From Paraspadella gotoi (lineage: Eukaryota > Animalia > Chaetognatha): 64,000 bases of DNA. Position numbers and translations under genes: made by a program. Where the stretch lies: the NCBI GenBank assembly GCA_051294375.1, contig CM119270.1, positions 20,792,417 to 20,856,416 on the forward strand, written 5' to 3'. The notes beneath the pieces are model-generated. The model was given only the letters and a program-made list of their open reading frames with translations. It did not search any database and was not told where the DNA came from. Position 1 is the stretch's first letter, and every line of letters begins with the position of its first letter. Positions 16,701 to 29,400 of this stretch are shown here, one piece after another.

Positions 16701-19700
16701 CCTCTCAAGGTGAGATGAGGTGAGATGAGATGAGATGAGATGAGATGTGAAATGGCTCGAGAACGGCGACTAGGCAAGAGTAGAATTATCGCCCAGGATC
16801 GTGGCCACTGCCTCTCAAGGTGAGATGAGATGAGATGAGATGAGATGAGATGAGAAATGGCTCGAGAACGGCGACGAGGCAAGAGTAGAAGTATCGCCAG
16901 GATCGTGGCCACTGCCTCTCAAGGTGAGATGAGATGAGATGAGATGAGGTAAATGAGATCAGAGATGAGATGAGATGATTCGAAAACCAGATTGTCTTTG
17001 TCTATATTTACTATTATGTTATCCTACAATAAGCCTAAGGATCTTTTTGACAAAAAACGTCTGATCAAAGGTAAAAAGATTTGAATGAGAAAAATTAATT
17101 AAATTCTCATTTCGATTCTTGAGCGAAGAGAGAAACTGAGACAAAGGAAAAAGGAAAAAAAGGGAAAAAAGGATGAAAAAGAAAAAGAAAATAATCAAAA
17201 AAGAAAAGAAAAAAAAAGGGAAAAAAGATAAGAAAAGAAAAGAAAAGAACGAGATTGGTCAATGAGAAGAGTCCTACTGAAAGTTATTTTGGTTTCCTCC
17301 CTAAATAAATGACGAAACGTTTTCTCGCTTTGATTAAAATCTCTTTCTTTCGTTTCTTTCTTTCTTTCTTTCTTTCGTTTCTTTCTTTCTTTCTCTCTCT
17401 CCTTTTCTTCCCTTCCCCTTCCCTCCACCTTCCATTAACTCCTCTCCTCCCTACCTCTTTACTTACCCTTCCTCTTTCCTCTTCCACTCCCCTTCCTTTC
17501 CTTTGTCCCCCTCCCCTCCCCTCCCCTCCCGTTCCATTCCCCTCCCTCTTCCCTTCCCTCACCCTTTCCTTTTCGCCTACCCTTCCCCTTGCCTTCCCTT
17601 CCACCTTCCCTCTTCCCCTTACCCTGTCCCTTTCTTTTCTCCTCCCCTTCCTTTCCCCTTACCCTACCTCCATCTTCTCCCCTCCTTCCCCTCCCATTTC
17701 CTTCCCCCTTCCCTTATCCTCTTTCTTTCCCCCTTCCATTCCCCTTCCCTCACCTTCCCATCCGTTCCCTTCCCTTTTCTCCTCCCCTCTCCCTTCCCCC
17801 TTTCCCCTCACCACCAGGCATCTGCGGCTTCACTATTCTCGATTCCGGTTCCGCGAGTCCAAGTCCATTCGCCATCAAGCAAGAGGTCGGCACCTCGGAG
17901 CGGCGTCGGCAGCGGCGTCGGCAGCGGCGTCGGCAGCGGTCGCGCCGACCTCCTCCTGCGGCGCCGCGTGGATTGCGAGACCAACAAGCGATTCAAGATC
18001 GACATCGCGGCGACGGCCTGCGGATCCAACAAACGAGTCAAGTGAGTCGACGGTAGAGTTGAGAAGTGAGCGTTGAAGAGAGTGCTGAAGTGAGCGTTGA
18101 AGGGAGTGCTGAAGTGAGCCACTTTCAGCACTCCCTCTCAACGCTCACTTCAGCACCCCTTCAACGCTCACTTCAGCACTCCTCAACGCTCCACTACAGC
18201 ACTCCCTTCAACGCTCACTTCAGCACTCCTTCAACGCTCACTTCAGCACTCCCTTCAAACGCTCACTTCAGCACTCCTTTCAATGCTCACTTCAGCACTC
18301 CTATCATCACACTCACTTCAACGCTCACTTCAGCAAATCTTCAACCGCTCAACTTCAACTCCTCTTCAATTCGGCATCACTTCAGCATCCCTTCACACGC
18401 TCACTTCAGCACTCCCTTCAACGGTGCTCACTTCAGCACTCCCTTCAACGCTCACTTCAGCACACCTCAATCGCTGCACTTCACACTCCCTTCAAGCGCT
18501 CACTTCAGCACCCTTTCAACGCTCACCATTCATCTTCAAACTCACTTCACCACTCCTGCACACGTTCATTCTCATCCCCAAGCACTTCCCTGCTTCAAGC
18601 GCTCACATCTCAACTCTACGTCGACTCACTTGACTCGTTTGTTGATCCCAGGCCGTCGCCGAGTCGATCTTGAATGCTTGTGGTCTGCAATCCAACGCGC
18701 GCCGCAGCAGGAGGTCGGCGCGACCGCTGCCGACGCCGCTGCCCGACGCCGATGCCGACGCCGCCGGTGCCGACCTCTTGCTTGATGGCGAATGGACTTG
18801 GACTCGCGGAACCGGAATCGAGAATAGTGAAGCCGCAGATGCCGCTGGGTGGTGAGGGGAAAGGGGAAGGAGGGGAGGAGAAAAGGAAGGGAACGGATGG
18901 GAAGGTGAGGGAAGGGGAAGGGGGGGGAAAGAAAGAGGATAAGGGAAGGGGGAAGGAAATGGGAGGGGAAGGAGGGGAGAAGATGGAGGTAGGGTAAGGG
19001 GAAAGGAAGGGGAGGAGAAAAGAAAGGGACAGGGTAAGGGGAAGAGGAAGTGGAAGGGAAGGCAAGGGGAAGGTAGGCGAAAGGAAAGGGTGAGGGGAAG
19101 GGAAGAAGGGAGGGGAATGGAACGGGAGGGGAGGGGAAGGGAGGGGGACAAAGGAAAGGAAGGGGAGTGGAAGAGGAAAGAGGAAGGGTAAGTAAAGAGG
19201 TAGGGAGAGAGAGGAGTTAATGGAAGGTGAGGGAAGGGGAAGGGAAGAAAAGGAGAGAGAGAAAGAAAAAGAAACGAAAAGAAAGAAAGAAAGAAACGAA
19301 AGAAAGAGATTTTAATCAAAGCGAGAAAACGTTTCGTCATTTATTTAGGGAGGAAACCAAAATAACTTTCAGTAGGACTCTTCTCATTGACCAATCTCGT
19401 TCTTTTCTTTTCTTTTCTTATCCTTTTTTCCCTTTTTTTCTTTTCTTTCTTTTTTTAGATTTTTCTTTTCTTTTTCTTCCTTTTTTCCCTTTTTTTCCTT
19501 TTTCCTTTGTCTCAGTTTCTCTCTTCGCTCAAGAATCGAAATGAAATTTAATTAATTTTCTCATTCAAATCTTTTTCCTTTGATCAGACGTTTCGTTGTG
19601 TCAAAAATCAAATCCTTAGGCTTATTGTGGATAACTAACTTTACATCTAAACCAATAGCCTTAATTATTAAACAATTATTATTTAAAGCGAATATATTAA

Positions 19701-22700
19701 CTTATTTTTTTATTTTACTAAATTATCAAATTATTAGCATAACTTGAATAAATTCTCTAAAATTAATAATGCTGTGATGCTGCTAGGGCTTTGGTCTGTT
19801 TCAGTATAAACATTTATAAGATATATGCTTAAAATATAAGAAAGAACAATAAGGCTCAACCATTGTGTGATGGCCTCGCCTATAACCTGATATTGGGATA
19901 AAGAAGCGAAAATGCCATGAAGGTATATTTGGTCCCACTGATGACCTTCCAGTGTATAAACATCAAAGTAAAAAATTATCAATACAATTTGAGGCAAACA
20001 ATGTCGGATCTGCCTACATAATTAATTAATTTAATTGGAATTAATTAAGTAATAATTGATAGTAATTAATTATTAATTATAGATTTAATTAATAATAATT
20101 AATGATTATTATAATTTATATTCCTTCGTCACAATCGTGTCTTAAAATTGAGTCAGGACAGTTATTAAATGTTTTGTTTACATTTTATCAAAACAAACAA
20201 TATCCTAAAAATTTAATCGAACCAGCGGGCAACCGTCCTGTCCTTTGATTTTTTTTTCGGTTTAGCTTTGGCCTGCTTTTTGCAATCATGGTTTGAAAGT
20301 GTGAATCATATGGAGTTTCGAAATTTTCATATATGGCTTCTAATCATCAAGATCTTTAAAATTCTCATTTCATATCAAATTGTGTATTTGTTTTATGTTT
20401 ATTTTACAAAAACAAAAATTTTAATTATTATGTCGCTCCTCTTCTCTTTTCTCCGGCACTGCTTCTTCTAAAAAAGTATTGCTCTGCAGCTCTGTCCAGT
20501 TCTTTCTCTCTTCTCTCCGTCTTCTCTCTCTCTTTTACAAAAAATTTAGATATATTGTGGGTTTCACTAAGTAAAAACAACAGTGGCGCGAACCCGGTCC
20601 TTTGGTAGAGAATAGCTCCGCTGTACTGCGGCCCATATAACTTGCTGCTGATCCTGTCTTAACGATCAAACGGGCCTGTAGAGCTTTCCTTCTCTCTCTC
20701 TCTTCTTTTAATTATCATCAAATCGCCTCTTCTCTTTCTCTTTTTCTCTGCCAGGCGGCTGTCTTCTCTCTTTTCGTCTCTCCTCCCGTTCTCTGTCTTC
20801 CATTGTGTTGCCCCTATCTGTCGCTCTTTGCCGTGATGGTTTTGAAAAAATCCTCGATATTTTTTTCTCCTAAAAAGCTTTTTTATTATTTGCCATTTAT
20901 TCCGCGCTTTTTTTTTCAATACAAAATTCCATATTTTCATCCAATCCGTGGCNNNNNNNNNNNNNNNNNNNNNNNNNATTATTATTATTATGTATTGATT
21001 GATTTATTATTATTATTGTATTATTATTATTATTGATTATTATGTATTATGTATATTCATGACTCTAACTCCGATAGTAACTGCACCGTGCTCGTGCCGC
21101 GTGGAGCATAGAATCTGTTCCTTGGCTTTGCGCGCGCGGTGCCTGCCCCCTCTTTCCCCCCTTGCGGTTCTCTCTTTCCTTCTTTTTTCCCCCTCCTCCT
21201 CCTCCTCCCCTCCTCCTCGCTGCTCCTCCCGTCGTTCTCGGATGGTTTTATGTGCGATGTTTCACGGAGTCTCAGGGTTTCCGGGAGACCCTGGATTGCT
21301 TCATCCAGGTACGAGATGGTGAAGTGATTGCCGAGGCGATTCGCCGTCTGGCGGGAAGTTGAAGGGGTTAGAGAGAGAAAAATGTGAAGTATTGCCGAGG
21401 GGCGATTCCCGTTGGGAAAGAGGGACAAGTGAGAGAAATATGGTGATCATCGGAGGGGTGTCAGTGATATCCAAGAGGCAAAGAAAAGAGTGATATTCCA
21501 TTTAAAAATGAAACAGAAAAAAACTTTAAGAAAATGAATCTTTTTTACAAAAGATTTGGACGAAATGTGAAGAGAGGAAGTGATTTGTCGTTCAAAGTTT
21601 GATTTAGCCTGCTTCGTCGTCTCATCTCGCCCCGAAGAGAAAAGAAAGAGAGAAGGAAAAAGAAAGTTGGACAAACAGCAAAGAAGAGTGGAAGAAAGAA
21701 AAAATAAAATAAAAAGGACGAAAAAGAAAACAAAAAGTAAAGAAATTATAAAAGAAAGTATTAAGAAGTACGATACAGATAAGAAAAAAGAAAAACAATC
21801 AAAGAACAGACTCGTGAGAAAGAGGGGAAAGAAAAAGAGAGATGAAAAGGAAAAAAAAAAGGACAGCAGTCAAGAAAACAACGTTTCGAAAGAAAAGAAA
21901 AATACGAAAAAGAACAAAAAATAAAAGAGGGAAAGAGAAAATGAAAAAGAGGAAAAAGAAAAAAAAAAAAAAAAAGGAGGGGAAAAAAGAGAAAAGCAAA
22001 AGAAAAAAGAGAGATGAAAAAGAAAAATAAGAAAAGAGAAAGAAAAAAAAGGGGAGAACAAAGGAAAAGAGAAGGAAGAAAAAAAAAGAACGGGAGGGGG
22101 AAGGCAGGGCGCGGAAAAAGAAAAAGAAAAGAGACGGAAAGAAAAAGAAACAAAAGAAAAAAAAAAAAAAAAGGGAGAAAGAGGATAGGAAAAAGAAAAG
22201 AAAAGAAAATAAAGAAATAACTAAAAAAAGAGAAAAGAAAAAGAGAGTTGACAGTTAAGGGAAAGATCTCAGTTTGAATGAAAGGCTAAATGCCCATGGA
22301 AAATTCGTGCGAAAAAGAAAATATACGCGAGAAAGGTTAAATACTTAATACTTAATGAATTAATGGATACAATAGTGGGTCCTTTTATACAATTAAAACA
22401 TTCTTGAAATATTATATTCACTTGATTAATAAAGGAAGCCAGGTATCTGGGAGTGAAAAAAGCAAGATTTGTCCAAAGTTCACGGTCAACGATAGCTTAA
22501 ATGGATTATCTTTATATCGGTTTGTTACACTTTACATTTACTAAAAGAGAGTAATAATGGAAAGACACGGGACGCATCGGGGAAACGGTAAAGCCCTATC
22601 AAGTGATTGTGAGCCTAGAAGAGTAGCTATTAATGATTTGCTGACTTGCGTGGCTAGATCCGACCGTGGTGGATAACCCCCAGAAGATTTCCTACATGAC

Positions 22701-25700
22701 TGATTGGTTAAGGAGATGCTCAGCGTCGATTGCCTTGGGGATTCCCCAAGTAGTAATCCCCGCAGAGACGATTACCAAGACCGGAGCGAGGGGGACACGG
22801 TTTGTACAAGGATGAGAGAAGAAAAAAATGATTCGCGTTTTTGCTGAGAAAAAAAAAGAGGAGATTGTTTACGTCGTTGAAGATGACGCAGTTTCTAAAG
22901 ACGGAGGAAGTGGAGAGGAGAAACATAGGAGAGGGAGGAATGCGAGAGGAGAAAATAGACGAGGGAGGAAGGAGAGGAACGAAAATGGAGTAGGAGGAAG
23001 TAGAGAGGAAGAAAAATAGGACGAGGGAGGAAGGAGGAGAAGAAAATAGAGAGGGAGGAAGGAGAGGAGGAAAATAGAGAGGGAGGGCAAGGGAGGGAGA
23101 AAATAGAGAGGGAGGAAGGAGAGGAGAAAATAGGACGGGAAGAATGAGAAGAAAAAATGGAAGCGAAGAGGAAATAATACATTAAAGAAGGAAAAGAGAA
23201 TAAAAAAAGAGAATAAAAAGAAGGGAAGGAGAAAAGAAAAAGAAAAATGACGGATAAATTAGAGAAAATAAAGAAAGAGAGAAGAAATAAAATGAAGGAA
23301 GGAAAAAAAAGGTAAAAAAGAAGGAAGAAGATAAAGAGAGAATCTCGTCGAGGAAGAACTTTAGTTCAGTAAACGGACTTTCCGCCCATTTTGAAATCGA
23401 GAGAATAAGAAAAAAACTTCGATATTTTTTCTATTTTAACTTTTTCTTCGAGTAAAAAAGATTCCGTATGGAAAAAAAAGCGGGGGAAAAAAAGGAAAAA
23501 AAAAAGGAAAAAAGGGGAAAAAAGGGGAAAAGGGGTAAAAATAGGAGAAAAAATGGGGGAAAAAAGGCGGGAAAAAGGGAAAAAAAGGGGTGTAGAAAAG
23601 GGAAAAAAGACGGAAAAAATTGGAGAAAAAAAATTGGAAAAAAGGGAAAAAAGGTAAAAAAATGGGAAAAAAGAAAAAAAAGGGAAAAGGAAAAGAAAAG
23701 GAAAAAAATAAAAAGGGGAAAATGGGGAAAAATGGGGAAAAAAGAAAAAAAAGGGGAAAAGGAAGAAAAGGAAAAAAAAAATTAAAAATGGGGGAAAAAA
23801 GGAATGAGAGAAGGAAGAGAGTAAATAAGCGGACCAGGGGCGTACACGCCGAGTTGGAGCGATGGCTAGGCAGCGGCCCGGAAAAAAAAGGAAACGAGAG
23901 AAGGGAAGAGTATGTAAATTAAGAAATAGGAGATGATTAAAACTAGTACGAGAAGGCCGGATAGGAAAAGAGGAAAATTATAAACTAAAATTTAAAAAGA
24001 GGGAGAAAAAAAAGGAGAAAAAAAGGAGAATAAAGGAAGAAACGGAGTGGATTTTCATCGGCGCACATTGTTCTTGAATTTTTAATCCTAGAGCCACATT
24101 ATTATTTTTTTTTAATTTGTTTTTTTTTTCAACTCGATTTTTTTTTTCTATCTTTTTTTTCCCCCCTGTCCTTCCTTTTTTTTATTTCGGCCCCGAATAA
24201 CGATTGATAATTCAATCATTCGTCCGCCGACCTAGAAGAGGGCGCGCTCGTGGATCCCGCGTTTGCGTCTTACGCCCGTTCGCACGGAGCGCGCTGCGTT
24301 ATTGTACGCTACGCGGTCGTTTTACCGTACGCGCCGCGCTGTTTCAAAACGGGGCGATATCTGACAGTTAACGTGTGTGTGAAACTAAACTTGTGCGAAC
24401 GGGAAAGCGAACGGACTTGGGGAACAAAATAGCGCGAAATAGATCGACGAACGGATCTTGCGAAACAAGTATTTCCAAGGAGACTGACAGACTGACCTAA
24501 CCGAAAAAACCGACAGACGGACGCACTGGCAGGACGGACAGATTATTCGTTCTGATTTTGACGCGAAACCAGTTTTTCCGGTCGAAAATTTTTTTCGGCG
24601 GCATAGAAAAAAAGAAGGGGGAGAAACTAGGATGCGTTCTCTTCTCGGCATGCTTTTCATGTCTTTCATCCTAAAGCCCACCAACCACGCCTCTCAACCC
24701 CACGCCCTTTCTTTCCACAACACGCCTCCAATCCCACGCCTCTTCTCCAAAGCTTTGCCTCGCGGACTTTTCTTCGACTCAGCCCCCGTCACTTTGTCAA
24801 CAGTTCAAAATCAAATATTCAACACCCTCAACAGTTTTCAAACTTTTTGCACACTTCTATCTTACCACAGCCACAATTCTCAAACCACAGCCTCCTTTTA
24901 AACAACCTTAGCCCACAACTCTCCACGGCCTAGCGGAAATCCTCATTTTTTCATAACCGGACGTTCGAATCCACAGCGCCCAGTTTTTTTTTCTTTTCGG
25001 CACAAACCTTCGCTGGGTCCTTTTTTCTTAATAAAAAGAAGGAAAGACCCACAGTTTTCTTTTCTTTTCTTTTTCTTTTTTTTTCTTTTTATATCCGTTC
25101 ATTCCACTTATCTTTTTATCACACTTCTTTATCCTCTCCCTTCTCTCTCTCTCTCTCTCTCTTCCCTGTTTATCTATCGCCACTTGACACTGGCATCCCA
25201 CAAAGGATTATCCACACACACCTAAAGATTTGCGTCGACGATTTCTCACTTTCTCACGTTATAATTTGCCTAATTTTCACTTTTTGTTAATTCCATGCAA
25301 TTTTGAGACGTATATCGTCTCCTTTTTATTGAATTTTGTCACTTTTTTTCTAGATTTATTTATCTATATAACAGTATATAAAAATTCTATTCAGACCTCA
25401 TCTACCATTCACCGACCACTGACCCAACTTCTCACCGACCACTAAAAACCACCCCTCACCCTACCCTTACCTCATAATCAACCCACCCATTCACCCACAA
25501 ACTCACTTCCACCAATCACCCCTTCCCTTCACCCACACCATTCACCCACCACTCACCCTCCCTCACCCTACATTCCCCCACCACTGCCACCCCACCACTG
25601 ACCCCGACCCTCCACTACCATTCACCCTTCAACCTTACCCCACCATTCCCCACCACACACCCAACCACTCACCCGACCCTCCAACTACAATTCACCCCGC

Positions 25701-26360
25701 TTCTCCTCCCCACGAACTCACTTCATCTCTTAACAATAGAGTGATTGTGAAAATAATAAAATTTTATAAAATCAAAATTTAAGCATATAGAACATAAAAA
25801 TAAAAACTAATAAAGAATAGTTTGCCGTGAATTTATTTTTCAATTTTATACATAGTGGGCACCAGTGAACTATATTTATATTATAGTAATAAGTTTATTT
25901 ATCTAACTTATATTTAAGATGCCGCTTACCCTTACCAATTTTCCCCTTGTTGGAATGGACGACTATGCGTTTGGTTTTCTCCGTCAAAGGCGTAAATCTC
26001 ATCTCTCCTCCATCCTCCTTCCTCTCCTCTCTTCCTCGTCCTCCTGCCCTCTCTTCCTCCCCGGCCAGCTGCGCCAGGCCTGTCCGCCGGCCCGTCCCGG
26101 GGCGCCGGAAGCGAGATCAACCGGCGCCGGGTGTGGGCGTGGCAGAGTTTGCGTTCGGATTTGATGGAGTTAGGTGGTCTGCGGTCGCAGCCCTGTGGGA
26201 CAGGGAAGGGGGGAGGGAGGAGAAAGGAAAGGGGTGTGATTATGACTAGATGAAAAGGAGGAGATGAAAGAGGGGAGGAGGAGAGAAAGGAGGGAAAAAG
26301 AGAGAGAGAGAGGAGAGAGAGAGATGAGAAGAGGAGAACGGAGAGACGAGATGACGAGGA

Positions 26361-26408
<48 letters not shown>

Positions 26409-29400
26409 GGGAATGAAAGCGCGAGAAAAGAGGAAGGGGGAAAGATTGAAAGAACGAGAAAAAGAGAAAGAAGAAATAAGGAAAAGAGAAGAAAGAGTGG
26501 AGTGGAGAGAGACTAAGTGAAAAGGAAGGAGGAAAAAGAAGAGGAAACGACAACAAAGAGACGGGAAACAGAAAAAAGGACGGAGAGCAAGGAGCGAGTA
26601 AGAAGAGGAAAAGAAAGAAAAGAGAAAGTGAAAAGAAGAATTTAAAGTTATGCAGACGGTGAAGGGGAGAAAAATTCAGAAGTAGATAAGAAAGAGAAGG
26701 AGAAAGGAAAAGGAAGAGACAGAAAAAAAAGATTGAGGGAAAAAGAAAAAAAAGGAAAGAAAAGAAAAAAGTTTAGAGAGAAAAGAGAAAGTTAAAGGAA
26801 GAAATATTAAAAATGGGTGAGGATGTACGAAAAGTTAGAGAAAGAAAAAGAAAAAAAATCAAAAGCAAAAAAGCAAAAAAAGAAATTAATTTCGCGAATT
26901 AACGAGAGGCGAAAAACGACATCAAAAAATGTCTGAAAACAAATGTATGAAATTCCGGATGTTTATTCGACTATTTCAGTCGTTCGTCTGTCGTCGTTGT
27001 CGTCGTCGTCGTTCCGTCTGCGTCGGTCGTCGTCGTGAAGTCTCTCCACCCTTGCCGATTGTTGCTTTGTCTCCAGTCGAATGTAAGCCGTGAGCTTGTC
27101 GACCTGACAAGCAATGCTCAGCCAGAGATCGAGATGGAGGCGTGGTCGCAAGTGGTGTCAGAGATTGTGGACCCCAGATCGGGGACGTAGATGAGGCGGT
27201 CGTTGAAAGCCGCGCGAGGGCGGGACGGGCACACCCTTCCGGCGAATGTGAGAGGGGCGTTGTAAAGATTTATCATGAAAAGCACTTTTAATACTTATTC
27301 TTCTTATCCACTTCATATTCTAGGAATTAAAAAAAAAAACAACTTTGTTTTATAAATAGATGTTTACTATTACAAGCGTGATGATGAATATTATTACATC
27401 CAGGTTTCACATCGCTTAGTTAAAGGAGACCGATAATTACCAGTCACGGTGAAAAAATATGAAATATTGACAAGGATTTGGGAATGGACAATGTTTCCCG
27501 CTTGAATTGGCCAAGAGTTTAGAGGTTGATAAGGCATGTATTGGGCCTAGGAATGTTCCATGTGTTTGGGCCTATAAATGGGTACACGTTTCCGGGTGGC
27601 AGATTGGGGCTAAAGCTTCGTGAAGGTAATGTCTGTGTTTTGGATAGAAATTGAACGGATTTTGAGAACGAAAAATGTCCGCCTTAACAAATAACCGCGG
27701 GACAAATCGTGTATGACAAAGCAAACTCAAATATCGATTGTGTTCTCTTTTGTCGGGATGGGAACGGGCTTCGTTGGAAACAGTGACAATGAACGACGAA
27801 TACAAACAAATAACAAAAAAACGTAAACAAAAAAGAGGACAAAGAAAAAAAACAAAACCAAATACCTGTTATACGATTTATTGTTAACACATCGCCTTTG
27901 CGCTCGTCCTCGGTCTTTTTGACGCAATTCGAACGCAAACGACAGCGAAATAATGGTTTACGCTTTTTTATGTTCCAATCAGTTCTTCAGTGTTTCAGTG
28001 GCCAGCGACGATAGGGTCAGAGAGAGAGGGAAAGTAAGGGAGGAGAGGGTCGAGGGAGGGGAAGGAAGAAGGGTTGGTAACAGGAGTTGATCGTAGGAAT
28101 GAAAAACGTAGGTGGGAATGACCCCATCGAAGAAGAGTGACCTCGGACCGGTGCGGGTGGCAATGACCGGCCAAAAATCGTTGAATCGCGTAAATGTTAA
28201 AAGGGAAATGGACATGGATGAACCCTACTGATTACAGGTAAGGGCCACTCTCCCGGTGGGGCTTGCAAAGTAAGTTCTATCTGGAGGGCTGGAACCCAAA
28301 AAAAAACGAAGCATGCGACACAAAAGGGACGAGCAAAATACCGATAAAATGCCTGATCTTAAATACTAAAAAGAGAAACAAATACTAATTAAAAACAATA
28401 ACCAAAAAAAAATTAATAAAAAACAAAAACAAATAGTTACTTTAAGCTCGCTCCCTCTAGAAACATCCAAAAAATGAGAAATATTAGAGGAAACAATAAG
28501 CGCAAAACGTCAAGTTTAATCTTGGAAACTCGTTTTGAGTTTTCGATGTCGAGTTTGGACCACGACATTTTTTGGTCCCTCGAGGTGGAAAAACAAGTAA
28601 TGTTTTGTTTGACACTAATTCATTCACAAAAAAACAACAATATTGTTCCCCCGATACATAATTTTTTTTTGAAAAAAGCTTTTTTTTTCCGCTTATTCAT
28701 TACAAAAAACATGCAGATTCATTGAGCGAAGCAAATTTTTTACCAATTTTTTTAAATTTTGGACCTGCAAAGGAACGAGACGAGGCGCCCGTTTAACAGT
28801 ATCTCTCTCTCTCCTACTCTTCTCTCTCCTCTCTCTCTATCATCTCTCTCTCTCTCTCTCTCTCTCATCTCTCTCCTCATCTCGCTGTCTCTCTACTCTT
28901 CTTCTCTTTACGTTTGCTGTGCGGACTTTGAAAGGTTATTCTTTTACAATCCCTACGTCTGTCTTATATCCTCCTATTCTGCCTTCTTCGTCAGTTCTCT
29001 TCTCTCTCTGTCTCTCTCTCCTCTCTCTACTCTCCTCTCTCTCTCTCACCCTCTATGTCCGATGTGAAGGGCGTTCTCCGCCCGGACGTTTCGATATTCG
29101 TATCCACAAACGACGTCGACGACAATCGGCCAGAACGTAGCATCTCCAAAAACCTATCGCGCGGCCAGGAGAACAGTCTCTGGTCCGGAGGCTTTGAACC
29201 TGAAAGAAAGGGAAAAGGAAAGGAAAAGGAGGAAAGGCAAAGAAATGAAGGCAAAGGAAGGAAGAAATTGAAAAAAAGGAGAGGATAAGGAATTAAAGGG
29301 AGGAAAGGAAAGAAAGATGAAAAATAAAGGAAGGAAAGAATAAAAGAAAAAGAGAAGAGATAAAACGCAAAGCAGAGAGAGAAAAAGGAGAAAAAGGAGA

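Noticed and set aside
13535-16978. CRISPR-like repeat/spacer appearance and many overlapping 'ISSHL' ORFs
   Set aside because: Spacers are all the same ATGAG microsatellite, there are no cas genes and the context is eukaryotic. The ORFs are translations of the repeat.
18066-18785. Long 'FNAHFSTP' repeat ORFs (also 31723-32592)
   Set aside because: These are translations of the 24-bp minisatellite, with no splice or homology support.
21545-23922. Lys/Phe-rich ORFs (also 34.4, 41.2, 53.6 and 61.0 kb)
   Set aside because: Purine/pyrimidine low-complexity tracts lack stops by composition.
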